Positions 45,055 to 59,100 of a DNA stretch of 64,000 nucleotides are shown in pieces. The notes below the pieces were generated by a model, which did no database searches, was not told the origin of the DNA, and saw only the letters and a list, made by a program, of their open reading frames with translations. Every line of letters begins with the position of its first letter. The stretch's first letter is position 1. Both the position numbers and the translations under genes were made by a program. This DNA is from Trichoplax sp. H2 (Eukaryota), in assembly GCA_003344405.1 (NCBI GenBank), contig NOWV01000230.1, positions 1 through 64,000 on the forward strand, written 5' to 3'.

Positions 45055-46989
45055 ATGAATAAATTTTATCGTTCTGTTTGTCAATGCCGCCATTTGCCAA
45101 GGCAATTATTGGCCAAACCTTTGCGTCTTCTATCGACAACACAGGATTTACGTTACAAGGATCAGAGTGATACATTCACTAGAGGAATATTTAGCGGTAA
45201 ACTTAAACTTAATCAACTATTTCCTTATCCAGATGCCTTAAATGATGAATCGAAAGAAACATTAAAGATTATGTTGGACCCATTTGAAAAATACTTTTCT
45301 GAAGTTCACGATGCCAAACAGAATGATATCGCTGAGACCACATTAGAAAAAGCTTTTTCTGTATTTAAAGAAATTGGAGGAATGGGATTTCTAGCTCCGG
45401 AGCAATACGGCGGACTAGGACTTAAGAATACACAATATGCTCGCATATTAGAAATATTTGGAAAATACGATTTATCATTCAGTGTCACCGTAGGTGGACA
45501 TCAATCGATTGGATATAAAGGTCTTGTACTATTTGGCACCGAAGAACAGAAGCAAAAGTATCTACCTGATCTAGCTACGGGTAAAAAGATAGCAGCTTTT
45601 TGCCTAACGGAACCTATGGCGGGCTCAGATGCTGCTTCTCTACGAACTAAAGCAGTTCTTGATGACGATGGTAAACATTATATATTAAATGGTAATAAAA
45701 TATGGATTACTAATGGTGGCTTTGCGGATATCATGACTGTTTTCGCTCGAGTTGTACGTAGAAAAGAAGATTCCGATGAGACTACTGAAGGCATAACAGC
45801 TTTTATTGTAGAAAGAGATTTTCCCGGTGTGACAAGCGGTCCAGCGGAAAAGAAAATGGGATTAAAATCGTCTAATACTGCGTCTATTTATTTTGATAAT
45901 GTCAAAGTTCCGGTCGAGAATATGATAGGAAAAGTTGGAGAAGGATTTAAAGTTGCTATGAATATACTTAATAACGGTCGATTTGGATTAATTGCAGTAT
46001 CATCAGGATTAATTAGGATGTTAGTTAGCAAAACTAGCGAGCACGCTAACAACCGGATTCAATTTAATCAAAAATTAATCGAATTTCAAGTAGTTCAAGA
46101 AAAACTAGCCAAAATGGCCATGGCTCATTACGCAGTTGAATCGATTGCTTACATTCTTTGCAATAACATGGATCGAGGTATAACCAATTTTCAGCTCGAA
46201 GCCTCAATGAGTAAAATATTTGCAACAGAAGCGGCATGGCACTGTTGCGATGAATGTATTCAAGTTTTAGGTGGAAATGGATATATGAGAGATAATGAAA
46301 TTGAACGCCATCTACGAGATATTCGGGTATATCGTATTTTTGAGGGAGCCAACGATACTTTAAGAGTACATATTGCGTCTGATGGTATCTATTCTGCCGC
46401 TAAGAATATGAGAGAGAATCAGAAATTACTAAATGAGTTTGGATCTCAAAAATCGGTTACAGAGCCTCATGGCAAAAAATTAATTGAAGCTGTTGCCCCT
46501 TCTTTACGTGATTCTGCAATAAAAGTAACAGGATGCGTTGAAGAGTTTGCATCAGCAGTACGAATTTTACTACTTAAGCATGGCAAGAATATTGGCAATC
46601 AACAATTTTTGTTGACACGTTTGGCAGATACCGCAATCGATTTATATGTCATGACTGCTGTACTAGCAAGAGCTACCAGCGCTATTAATCAGGGCTTGTC
46701 GACTTCAAATCATGAACAACTATTAGCGACTACATATGTAACTGAGGTTAGCGCAGATTGCATTACCGGTTCTTCATGCTGTTTTAAGTTAAGATATTAG
46801 TTTTATTAAAATTTTCCTATCCTCATTTTGGCAATTGTAACGTTATTTCAGGGCTGTAGCCGCGTAGAAAGAAATCTTCTAAAAGTTAAAAATCCCGAAA
46901 ATTTGACGACTTATGCAGCTTTTACTCAAATTGCCAGCGAAGTTAGTCAAGACGATACCGTAGTAACCGCTCGTCCGTTAGGTTTCTAG
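45055..46989 (+). CDS. ACADVL: Very-long-chain acyl-CoA dehydrogenase (VLCAD/ACAD9 clade), paralogue B, ~609 aa
   Basis: Exons 45055-46746 and 46852-46989 (GAG|GTTAG...TTTCAG|GGC), same intron position as paralogue A. NTQYAR, GHQSIGYKG, AAFCLTEPMAGSD, WITNGG, AMNILNNGRFG, RIFEGAND, RPLGF*. Alternative upstream ATG at 45040. Confidence 0.93.
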
Positions 46990-49900
46990 TTGACAGTGTA
47001 ATTGTCCATTATATATTATATTCGTACATTTATTGCACAGCACATTTTTAAATTTCGCCGGTAGTTTGGTGCTAAAGTGTACTACCCATAAAATTTGATG
47101 GAGTAAAAGGAGCTTGGTTATTCGTATCAATCTGATGCATTCCCTATCGTCATAGTTTGCTTGTACAGTGACAAAAAATACGCTTGAAAAGTTCTTGTAC
47201 AATATATATCATTTTTAATATGGGTGAAATAACTTTACGTTAGAATATCGTAATTTTCCTGAAAATTAGTGTTGCTCTCTTAATATTTCCCACTACATTA
47301 TATTATCATACAATAACTACGTCAAATACTGTAATAGTAATCATGTCAGAATCATAAACATTAGATCAGTATGATATAATGTAAGTGCCGTGCAATAGGC
47401 TGTAGCTCTAGTGAGGAATTGATCACATCTGACTACAATGCATGGTCAAAGAGCGACAAATTAGTATTTTGTCCTACCTTAACATGCTATGCCTGAAGTC
47501 ACTTTCAAAGTAATAAAGCCATGATTTCTCTGTATTTACTTAGTTGTCGATTAAAAATAATATAGTCTGTTTATATTAGTACAAAACTACAGGACAGAAG
47601 GTAAAATTTAATTGTTTGGTTATCAAAAATATTTTGTCCACTCATTGGAACGAAACAATACTAGGTGAATCTGTTGATCAAGCAATTTAGATGATCGCCT
47701 TCGAATTTTTATATCTGAAGGTCCATCTTGGTTGAATAGCAACACACGATATAGAACGTTTTATACAGTTGAGTTTGGATTTTTGATTTCAATTTCCCGT
47801 TAATGAATAGATTTGGTTCGATGCCATAGATGGCACTAGACGTAGAATTTCTGTCCACTGTATATTTTCTACACATGTCTGAACGATTACTATGGCTTCT
47901 AAAATGAGTCAATTATGTTAATGAATAAATTTTCGAACTTCGTTCTCAATAGTTTTGTTTTAAATCAAATTCAATTAAGTCTGATCCATTTAGAGATAGT
48001 TATTCTAATATTAATGATTTGATCAGCATTGTATCAGGCTTTTCCCTAAATTTATCCACAGTACAACACTTACTCCTGATGGTCTCCCTGTAGTAATTTC
48101 AGCAAAGTACAACAGTAAATGTGTTAACAGTTCTTCATTTATTTAAAGTAAGCTTTCGCTGTATATCGTCAATTCGATTGCTATCGTCAGGTGTTCATAG
48201 TAAAGTACACATTTCTGCCAGACTTTAAAGCCAAATTTTGTTACAAAATTTGGTCAGTTTATACTGTAGTACGTTTACATAAACATTAACTAGCTACAGT
48301 ACATAGCTTGTTCTACGAGCGAATTATTAATTCCCTTAAATTGTGTCGCTTAATGCTATATCGAGATATACATAAAGTAAAAGCCGATTTTTTGGGAAAA
48401 GCCATCACGGCCAAACGGAGAGTGAGGTTATTATGAACAAATCAGCTTCTACTTTATATGCACAGATTAACTTGCTATACCACCTGTTCTACAAACGAAT
48501 CATTGACCTCTCTTAAATTGTATAGCGTAGAGTAATTCAATTTCGATCAATGCTTCAATTATAATTAAAATTTATGCCAGGTATATTTATTTAATAAGTC
48601 TAGCAGAGTGAAATATGTTAATACTGAAGAAAGCGTAAGATACTGTCGATGACTTTTGAAAAAAATAGCATAGTACAAAGCACGGGTACTCAATTTTGAA
48701 ATTATATAGACAGCTCGTTATAATAGTGTATGAACTATAATTATCGAAGCGGCAGACACTATACTTAGGGGTGTTTAAACACTGGTTCCTTCAGATATTT
48801 AAAAATACAGTAATAGTATGAGAATCATTTGCTTTTATTGAAGCTGCAGTTACTATGTTGTCGTAATTTATTGTTGTCCGATGATTTAGTGGTATAATTA
48901 GTAACTAAGTAGCTGACTATGGTGTATATCACATACTGTTAGGCATTTCGACTGAAAAATGTATACCCGCATGCTGCTTTGTATATTAAGTACCGTTTTC
49001 GGTAGAAGTTTTGCTATGTTATTATTACAACTTACAATAATCATATACTGAGCTCACGCTAACAATATGGCAGCATATGTACTGCTTGACTATAGAGGTT
49101 AGAGGGTTTTCGCGAAATTATCTGGTAATATTAAGACTTAGGCAGTTCCAAAAGTCGACGACGAGTTTCCACAGTTACAGTCGCACATATTAAATTGACT
49201 ATATTTGGGTTAGTGATTCCTTTCAGCTTCTAATTTTATAGTCGTCATGGGAAAGACCTTCTTAAAAGTCTTTATAGCTTTAAGGGTATTATAGAACTGA
49301 GACGTTTTCTGAAATAGCTTATTATATCAAGACTTTAGCGGTACTGAAGTCGATAACGATCTTCTTGCTGTGCTATTAAATACGAAAAAGAAATGTTTTC
49401 GTTAACTATTCCTGTCAGTTTAGATTCTACCGCCTTCTTATCAAAAACCTCTTTTATAGTATAAAAGAACGATATAATGTCTGACATCTATACATAAAGT
49501 ACTTTACAACTTAAGATATATGAAGTGCAGAACTTCTCTCATATACTTAAATTCATAATTGGATGCATCGTGTATACTCGCACGTGCATGTTTCTCGTAA
49601 ATTCTCTATCTTCCCGTATTTTCTAGTAACTTAATTAGATTAGTGTGAGGTTCGAACCTGAAGGGCTAGTATTAAAGTTTACCACTAATGCATAACAACA
49701 TCTAATAAGATTTCGAACATATTGGAGCTAATCCACTATAAATTAAGCCTTCTATAGGCTGCTAAGTCTACAATCATCAATTAATATCTACAAATCTCTC
49801 TAAGCGTTACTTTTTCACGATTTATTTTCCTTGTACTATTAGAAGAATTAATTAAGTTAGACAACTATAATTTAATAATTTTAGTATATCAATTACCTTC

Positions 49901-50366
49901 CTTCTAATCAAGTTCTATACCGATAAGGATAGTAGAATTTTTAGATTCCAATTAAGAAACACATGAGTCAAGTTTGGCTATCCTAGGAACTTTTAGTGTA
50001 ATAGTACATTTAGAGATGGAGTACTACTATGGAGTAGCATTTAGGCAAGTAATATAACTGTCAGCTACCTTCTGGTTATTCCTAATCGGGCCTTACGTTT
50101 TTTAGTTTAAAAGCTTGTTCAACTAGAATTCTGGAAATATGTCGGTGCTTCATAATGTGTAAAGATAATGTAAATTAAATGGTAGGATTCGAGAAATCCA
50201 GTCGGCTATACAAACGATTTCTTTCATTTAAAGCCAACCAGATCATTCTTTTGGTCTATCGCACTAAAAAAGAGGACATAAGTATATTCTTTAATAATTG
50301 AGAAACGAAATTTAATGAGACAATGCTGTACAGTAATTGTTGACGTATCAATCCGTTTATAGATGG

Positions 50367-50665
50367 AATTCACAACTAGCTGTTGATTTAAGTTTAGCAT
50401 CCTTCTATTACAGATCTATTCAAGATGAAGTGAATGGCTATAATTTAATTATATGGTCTGCTAGCTTTCAATTGCTGCTACAATTCACAACTAATTGTTG
50501 ATTCAAGTTTAGTTTGCATGTAAAATTATAAATAATTATTTTATGTATTGTATGACCAAAAAATGATAGTAGCAATAGATCATAGTTATTAATATTTCAG
50601 TTGCAGATCTATTCAAGATAAAGCTGAGGATTATAATGTAATTATATATGATATGCTAGCCTATG
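50367..50665. repeat. Short degenerate direct duplication
   Basis: AATTCACAACTA..TGTTGATT.AAGTTTAG at ~50367 and ~50482; CAGATCTATTCAAGAT at ~50411 and ~50604. Confidence 0.6.
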
Positions 50666-53128
50666 ATTACAGCATTGCAGTAATTAGTAAAGGATGTCTC
50701 TGTCACGAGAATTACATGTTAAAAAATGGGTGTGATCGTAATCTTTCTTCTCAGCATTTTATCATTTAGATATAAAATTTCAATCTAAAACAATACTGAA
50801 AGGTTTCTTTGTATTACATACTAAATAGACCAATAAAATGATTTATTACCTCATCATGATTCTAAAAATGGTGACTGTCTTAATGTCTATTCTAGTTTTA
50901 GAATAATACCACGGCATAGTTCTGCAATATCATCCCATCTTTATACTCAAGTCTGATTAGTAATATTTGTTTCAGCGAAAGTATTTTTGATTCATATTAA
51001 TGGAGGATTATCATTACCACAATTACGGCATCAAATATTTTCAGATTTCACATAAATTCGCTTCCAAAAATAGTAGATAAAATTAACGATTGATCCTTTG
51101 TGCAAAAGCTTTTTCCTATAGTAGGGTAGTTACATATTATTAAAATTTTCAAACGCTTAATAATCTGCAATGAAGTGAATAAAACATAACATAGATTATT
51201 TTATTACAATTTAAGCCCACGTCTATTAACAATTTCCAGTATGGATGTCTTTCAATAAATTTCGAAAGAATGAAATACAAACTGTAATTTGGGGATTTAA
51301 ATACTATTTAATTATCGTTTAATTATGATATGTTCCGATAAAATAGGGCAAGTCTCTGACAATCATGTTATTGTTCCAATTAGTTATAAGTTCAGTTTCT
51401 CCTTACCATATCCACAATCAATCCTATTCTTGAGTCAGTATAACTATCGTTTACGTTACAGGACGTAGGATGACTATCATGTATTTGAATGGGGTTTATA
51501 GGATCTAGTGGAGAAAGCTGCTGCTAGATTTGATAATGTTTTAATTCAACCTATGCACGTATTTATTAGTTATTTGAAATCCAATCATGATTCAATATCA
51601 GAGATAAATCCCAACAGCCATTCTGCTTTTATACTACAATGATCTCTTTATCACCTGTTGATAAATAGCCACTAAAACGCCTAACAATGTCGTATGTGTT
51701 CAGTTTGTCTGCTCAATTTGAAAATGCTTATAAAATTTACTGGTAAAACATGAAAACTATTGTATTAATTTAATTTTATGGCCAGACAAACATGTTTACT
51801 ACACTTAGATACGTTTCATGACTGAAATAACTGTATGCATAATCTAGAAAAGTCCTTTTATTTCATTATGAGTGACCAGCATTGGCCTTTCTTATGGCTT
51901 TCAACTAACTGATCAGTATGTAATAGTCGTTATTGTTATGCAAATCAAGCGGTTTAGTGTATCATCAAAGTATACAAGGATAGCACACTTAATTAGACAA
52001 ATACATTAGATAAACAATTTGCTCAAATATTAGGTAAAATTTTTATCAAAGATTTCATTGTTTTTGTACACTGAATAGAGTTCGCACCAGGTCCACAAAT
52101 TACCATTTACTGTGGTAGTAAATCTATTCCAGTAAATTAGTCGGAACCTTTATATATCAACGTTATTTAGCTTAGTCACGCATTTTTCAAGTCCACTCGC
52201 AGTTTTTAGACTCCGGTGAAGGTCGATTGTCTTCCATTAGGAAGATAAAATTATAATTTAATTTACGTCAAAAGCCAGGAGAATAACGAGCCGGCTGATC
52301 GATTTCGAAATTGGTTAGTTTTAAAATTCAGGTACGATATAATTACCTTTGCGAGTATTTGCCTTATTACATTGAACTAAATAGTTTTGGATACAAAGTA
52401 CTAGTGATTACGTAAGTTTATTGAATACAAAGATTAATGCAAGAAGGGATAGATTACTTAGCGGTTATCTCAAGCAGCATATTGGTAATATAGCAGATGG
52501 AAAATTACATTTGTTTCGACGATTTATGCAAGTAGTATTCTAGTAAACAATTCAATTGCCTCCAGTCTCCAGTAGGTGCCAGCTATCCGCTTTCATACCA
52601 TCGCAACTGATAATATTCGTATGAATTGGATTTAATAAAATACTGTAGTTCCATTTTAGCTATAAATAATCTCATTTGATGATAATTATGGAACTAACTG
52701 AAAAAATTACCGCTCAAAGTAGTTATGATATATTACCATTGAACTGACTTACGTATAATCGCGTTTATGAGCTTGTTTATGTGGGAAGCCAGAGATTATC
52801 AGAATACGATCAAATTGTAACAATTATTGAGAACTGGTGACATTACCATGGCTGGAATATAATAATACGCTAGTCTTGTTCTAAGAAAAATATTCATAGA
52901 TTGTAGCCATGTCACAATTCAAATATCGTAGACCTTAAGTCTACAAGACAGCGTCAGAAGCATTCATTCTTACCCCTTTCCGTACGCTGTAAAGTTTCAG
53001 TTAAATTCTTAATTGTAGTTTATAGCTACGTAATGCATTGATGACTGTTTTTAAAGCGGCGTCGCCTTAGCTTTAGCTGTGCTACTGCTAATATTTAATT
53101 TTTGCTGTATTTTTTTAATTAAAGCAAT

Positions 53129-56100
53129 ATGCGTATCGTGACAACACTGCTGCTGTTCGCTGTTTTGGTTGGTACTCTACCTGAACACCTCCAAGCAGGT
53201 GAAATTGATTATGATTACATTAGTTAAAATATCAGTTTATCAACCTGTAGCTGAAGGGAATGTTTTCAGCTAGTTGTTCTGAATTTATCTATATTGTCTG
53301 TATTTTATATTATAGCTCTTCCAACAATCACCTTACATCCTAAAAGTACGACTGTTATTCAAGATGCCAGAGTTACAATATCATGCCAAGCTTTCGGTGC
53401 TTCAAGTACTGTCATAAAATGGTTTAAGGATGGATCTCTTATGCCGAGTTCAAGCTTCACCAAAAGTTATTCTTTTGGCCGTCTTTCTAGTCAACTTACT
53501 CTGTCAAAGGCCAGTAACAGTGATCAGGGTTCTTATCGCTGCGAATTCAGCAATACTAATGAAGCAGTCCGTAGTCGTTCGGCCACGATAATCGTTTACG
53601 GTATGCTATGCACGATGTAAAGTTAATGAAATAGTTGGATCTTATGACATCCATGTACAGTAGAAGAATCAAATATCTTTCGCCACATCTAGCATATTAT
53701 TCGAGTAACTCATTTTTAAATGCCTGTTCTAATTATGGATTAATGCCATTTCAGTTCAAACTGACAAATCGTACTTAATTCTATTACTTTAGGTTATGAT
53801 AATATAAAATCATGAATAGAGTACTAAGTCTATAATACCACTGATTGCTGCAATTAAAGTATTTTCTACTATGCTTAAGATTCACAGTTACAGATATTGA
53901 ATCAAAGCCAATTATATCTTTGACTGCTATTCTTGCATAAAAATACATTCTTTATTTAAGGATGCTCAATAAGGAATTAAGTTATAGAAAAACTCCAGAC
54001 AAATACTACATTGTATTAATTGATTTATATTGTCACAAAGCTATAATAATTCATACTGCCTTGAAAAGCTATATCTGTTTCTTAGCATAAATGTAAATGA
54101 ATTAATTTTAAATACTATGTAAGGTTTTTGAAATGTACTCTTATTTAAAATCCGACGGCTTTACTTTTGATAGAAGTCCTTAAAGAGCCCAGCAATCGAG
54201 GTCGAGAATTTTACATCTCATTTCCTAGGCAGTATTCAAATTTTACCGTTAATCCTTATTTCCTGATAACCGCATCTGGTAAATCTGCAACAGTAAACGT
54301 GTTCAATTATCATTTGAACAAGAGTAAGCGATATTCCGTTGAATCAAACGAGACACTCGCAATTAACTATACCAGTATGACCGAAAGTAAAGGCATAGGA
54401 TTAACTTCCGAAATTATCCGCATTGTATCTGATCAAGAAATCAAAGTAACAGCTTACCAGCCGTATCTAAATCGCTCTGAAGCTTCTTTAATATTTCCGA
54501 TTCCACTTTATGGCAAAAAATATGTTATTGCAACCTATAAGCCAACTGTCAAAGCCAAATTTCTCATTCTGTCTCATCGAGAATATACTCATGTCAATAT
54601 TACATTCCCTAAAAATACCTTGTATAACGGTAGAATTTATAATAGAAGCTATCCACTGAATATAACATTGCAGAAACATCAAGTGTTTCAATTCCACAGC
54701 AAAAGCGATTTAACTGGAACAATCATGCAGTCTAATGAAACTGTCGCTATTTTCTCGGGTAATGAGTGCGCTAATATTCCTAGCCAAAGTAGTGTTTGCA
54801 ATACTATGTTTAAACAATTTTTGCCAGCGTCAAAGTTGGGCCAAAGTTACGTTCTCTCTACCGTGTCTGCCAGAAATTCCGGTAATATCTATCGTGTCAT
54901 AGCGGCCTATGATAATACCACCGTTGATATTCCATCTCTATCTCAGACGCATACCTTAAATCAGGGTTATTATACAGAATTTGAGTTGTTTTATAACGAA
55001 GAAACAGTTTTAGTTTGTGATCTGCCATGTTTGCTTGTTCAGTTTACCATTGGAGGAGGCTCAGATAGTCAGCGATCTGATCCATTCATGACTCTTGTAC
55101 CGGCCATAGAACACTATAAATCCAATTACATCGTCCATATTCCATCCATAGCGACAAGTCAATATCAAATTTATCATAACTACCTTATGGTGATGATACC
55201 AGCAAGCTATCGTGATGGATTACTCGTGAATGGTAATAATTTAACTGGAATAACATGGCATACAGTTTTTACCAACGGAAGTCTCGACTATGCTTGCGCA
55301 TCCATTGCTATTACTAATGCTACATATACAGTCAGCCACGTCAGTGATCAAGTATCGTTTGGATTAATTCAGTATGGCTGGAGCAGTCAAGGGATAGCCT
55401 ATGGATTTATGGGTGGTATACGAGAAAACACGACGACAACTACATGTAAGCAGAAGATATTGTAGTGATTTAAAAGCGTATTTGTCACTTCTGTACTTTA
55501 ATGTAGTGATACAGTACTGTATATATAATGTATATATATATATAAAATAATGCTGTATCAGTTGATTGCTTACGAAAGAAACTGTTAATTTATAGATGTA
55601 AATCATTCCATTACGATAACGTAGATGTGAGTAGTTCATGAAGATTAATAAGTAGCAATGATCAAATAAATGCAATTACTCAGTATACGTGTTTATATGA
55701 TGCTTTCCCTTATAGCATTTCAACTAATCAATTATAACAGACAGTTGGTATTATTTAGTGTATAACAAAACTGCTGAGTATTCTATTTCCATTTCTTGAC
55801 TTAGTGATATTAATAACAGGTCAGATATCTTTAATCTCTTGAGTGCAAATGTACCACGCGGTGTGTGACCGTGTCAAAATTGCTTATTCTCTACTATTAA
55901 CTTCATAAGTGGAATTCTTATAATTTTAAATTCTTATTTTTAGTTTTTCCTCCGGTAATTACCCTTCAGCCAGACGATCAAAATAATACTCTTGGACAAA
56001 CTATACAATTAGAGTGTACAGGAATCAGTAATCCTGCATCAACTTTAGTTTGGTTAAAGAATGGAATCCCCATAGCAAATACTGATGGTACAGCAACGAT

Positions 56101-59100
56101 TCAGGGAAATCTTACCCATGGCAGTTTGACGATATCGGCAGCTACGATAAATGATTTTGGCACCTACCAATGCCAATTTAGTAACTCAAGAGGAATAACT
56201 CTGAGCCGCAATGCATCCATCAGGATTTTTGGTAAAGTCTAATGAATATTTATGCGAATTTAATATATTACTATTGGTACTTTATATCAATTGTGGTTTT
56301 TTTAGCTTTACGTATGGCCTACTGTAGATCGAAATGAGATGTAAAGCCCTATTTCATCTAGTTTAATTGAGCTACTATGCCAATTAATGTTGATCTTTAC
56401 AGCTATAAGAAATTTCAATACTTTCTTCGTTAATTACAAAGTAGAATATTTATTTTAAAAGCTTAATGTTATGCTGCTACTCTCCAATATTAAGGTAATA
56501 GGGTCTAATTAGGATCACCTGCCAAAATACCTCGTTTAGTGTTGCATAGAAAAAACTGCTCTTGTTTCGTACTTCAGAACCCTACCATATCTTATACAAC
56601 CATTATTCGTAGTAAAAATATTTTGACCTTCGTTATGATCATCAGCAAACAGTTAAAATTTAAGTTAGTATGACTCAGTATATCGCATCGTTAGCAGCTT
56701 TTTAGTAATTAGCAACGCTCATTTTGCACAATAACATCTAGTCTAACGTTTTGGATTTCTCTCAACTAGCAGAAAGGCAATTTCTATAATCCCATTTTAG
56801 TCTTATTGAATCAACTTCTACTCCTTCTATTATGATATCTACTTACGTTGACCTATATTTCAGTACTGCATTGCTTCATGTAACGATATCTCCTACTACT
56901 AAATCAATTGAAAAGAGCTATTTATTCTGTTAAATTTTATATAACAACGCTGTTGTCATTGCTGCTTTTTCGCTCTCATTAAGAACGAATATTGACTCAC
57001 ATTAGGAGAACAAACTTCTTTATTTTAGTTACGAAATATCATTGCTTTACTTATACTAAAAGGAGTAGAATGGCTTTCTGACATTTTGCACACAATTCGC
57101 CATGAATATTGGAGCACAGTTTATTATTGTATAAATATCGACTCATTTGTTTATCATTTTTGATTGAATATTTGCTTCCAATAGATTTCAAGCAAGTTTC
57201 GAGTCGTGGTCGGGATTTCTGTCTCGGAATTTATAGCCAACATCCTTCAGCAAATACTCCAATACCTTATATCCTTCTAACGGCATATAATCAAACTGCT
57301 AACGTTATTATTTTCAACAATTACTTTAAAAGCACCGTTAGACGTACTCTTGCTCCATATGAAACGGTAGCAATTAGTATAAGTAACTTCATGGTAAATG
57401 ATGCTACAGGAAAAACATCCAAAGTGTTCCATGTTCTATCGGATCATGATATAACAGTCAAATTATACACAATATTTAAATTCACTACTGACGCAAGTCT
57501 AATTCTACCTTCTTCATTTTATGGTAAGAAATACGTAGCAGCAACTTATGTACCAGCCTTTAATGCAAGAATTTTAATCTTAGCCCATCAAAATGATACA
57601 ACGGTTAGCATTCGCTTTCCTCGCGGTACCTATTACAATGGTCAACTTTATACTCGCGATCGACCATTATCTATCAAATTAGAACAATTTCAAGGCTTTT
57701 TATATCAAATAAATTATGATTTGACTGGAACAGTAATTGAATCGGACAAAGGTGTCGCAGTTATAACCGGCAATCAGTGTGCTAACGTCCCAGTTGGGGT
57801 AACTTTCTGTGATGTTTTAGTCCAACATCTCCCTCCTATCGAGGCGTTAGGTCGAAATTATATCTTAAAGGCGTTAGATGGTAGAAAGGCTTACACAGTC
57901 TATCGTGTCATAGCAGCCTATGATAATACTGTAGTGGCGAAATCCTATCCATTTCAGACCTTTATCTTGCAACGCCAAGGCTCATTTTACGAATTTCAAT
58001 TATTAAGCGGTCAAGGAACTAATCTTGTATGTGATAGTCCTTGTTTGGTTGTTAAGTATGGAGTAGGAATCACTGCAGACAGCATCACTGGCGATCCTTT
58101 TATGATTGCTGTTCCATCAGTGGATGATTTTGATTCTAATTATATTGCCAATGTTCCACGGGATATATCCAACTTTTTATCTTTGTTTCCGGTTAATTAT
58201 TTGCAAGTTATCGTTGAGGAAAGTTTTAAAGAGGGGCTTACACTAAATGGGGCTGCATTTCCTGAAGTCAATTGGCTACCAATACGGACACTTAGGAATA
58301 AAAACTACACGGTAGCTTCTGTTCCTGTAGGTATTGGTACCTATAAGCTGGCTAATAACAATAGTAATGCCACTTTTGGACTACTCCAATATGCTTGGAA
58401 CAGTCAATCGACATCTTATGGTTTATCAGCTGGTATTAAGGCAAAGATATTCATTTCATGTAAGTTTAAAATTCTTCATTTATTTTCTAAGCCTAATCGT
58501 AAAATTATCTAGACTCCTATTAGTAGATACTTCCTCTAAATTGAACTTTTCTGGTTAATAGCGCATTTTAATTTTGGAAGATTATCATTCTATTCAAATT
58601 TTTGATTGATGTCATAATTTTTTAAATCAATAGTACTAATCTAGCTTGTGTAATGCCACCAATAATTTCGGTTAGGGAAACGACAGACCTAAATAACTAA
58701 TATCGTACTCTGTGAGATAGCAGTTTCCGAGAGGAGTCAAAACTATTTAATGAAGTATACTGCCTTCAAAATTCTGATTTAATCATCCCTATACAAAATG
58801 GGGGTAGTCAAAATTTAATTCATAGAGAAACAATGGTTAAAGTATTCATCAGCGAATAGTATTTCAAGTATCATGCTCTTTTCTTAAACTTCGATCACTG
58901 CATTCACAGCTATCCGAACTTGACAACTATAATTCTAAATAAACTATCGATTTTTGCTAGCAAATGCTTTATAATGAAGCATCAAATTGAAATATTATTA
59001 CTTTTGATAGCTATATTTTAAATATTGAACAGTGTACAGAAATCTTTCTGATTCGACTTTAACATCTTCCTATATATATCCTTATAAGTCATAGAAATCG

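Noticed and set aside
45306..45488. Antisense/overlapping ORFs inside real genes (also 3241, 54488, 58334, 59999)
   Set aside because: Shadow ORFs of coding exons with no independent evidence.
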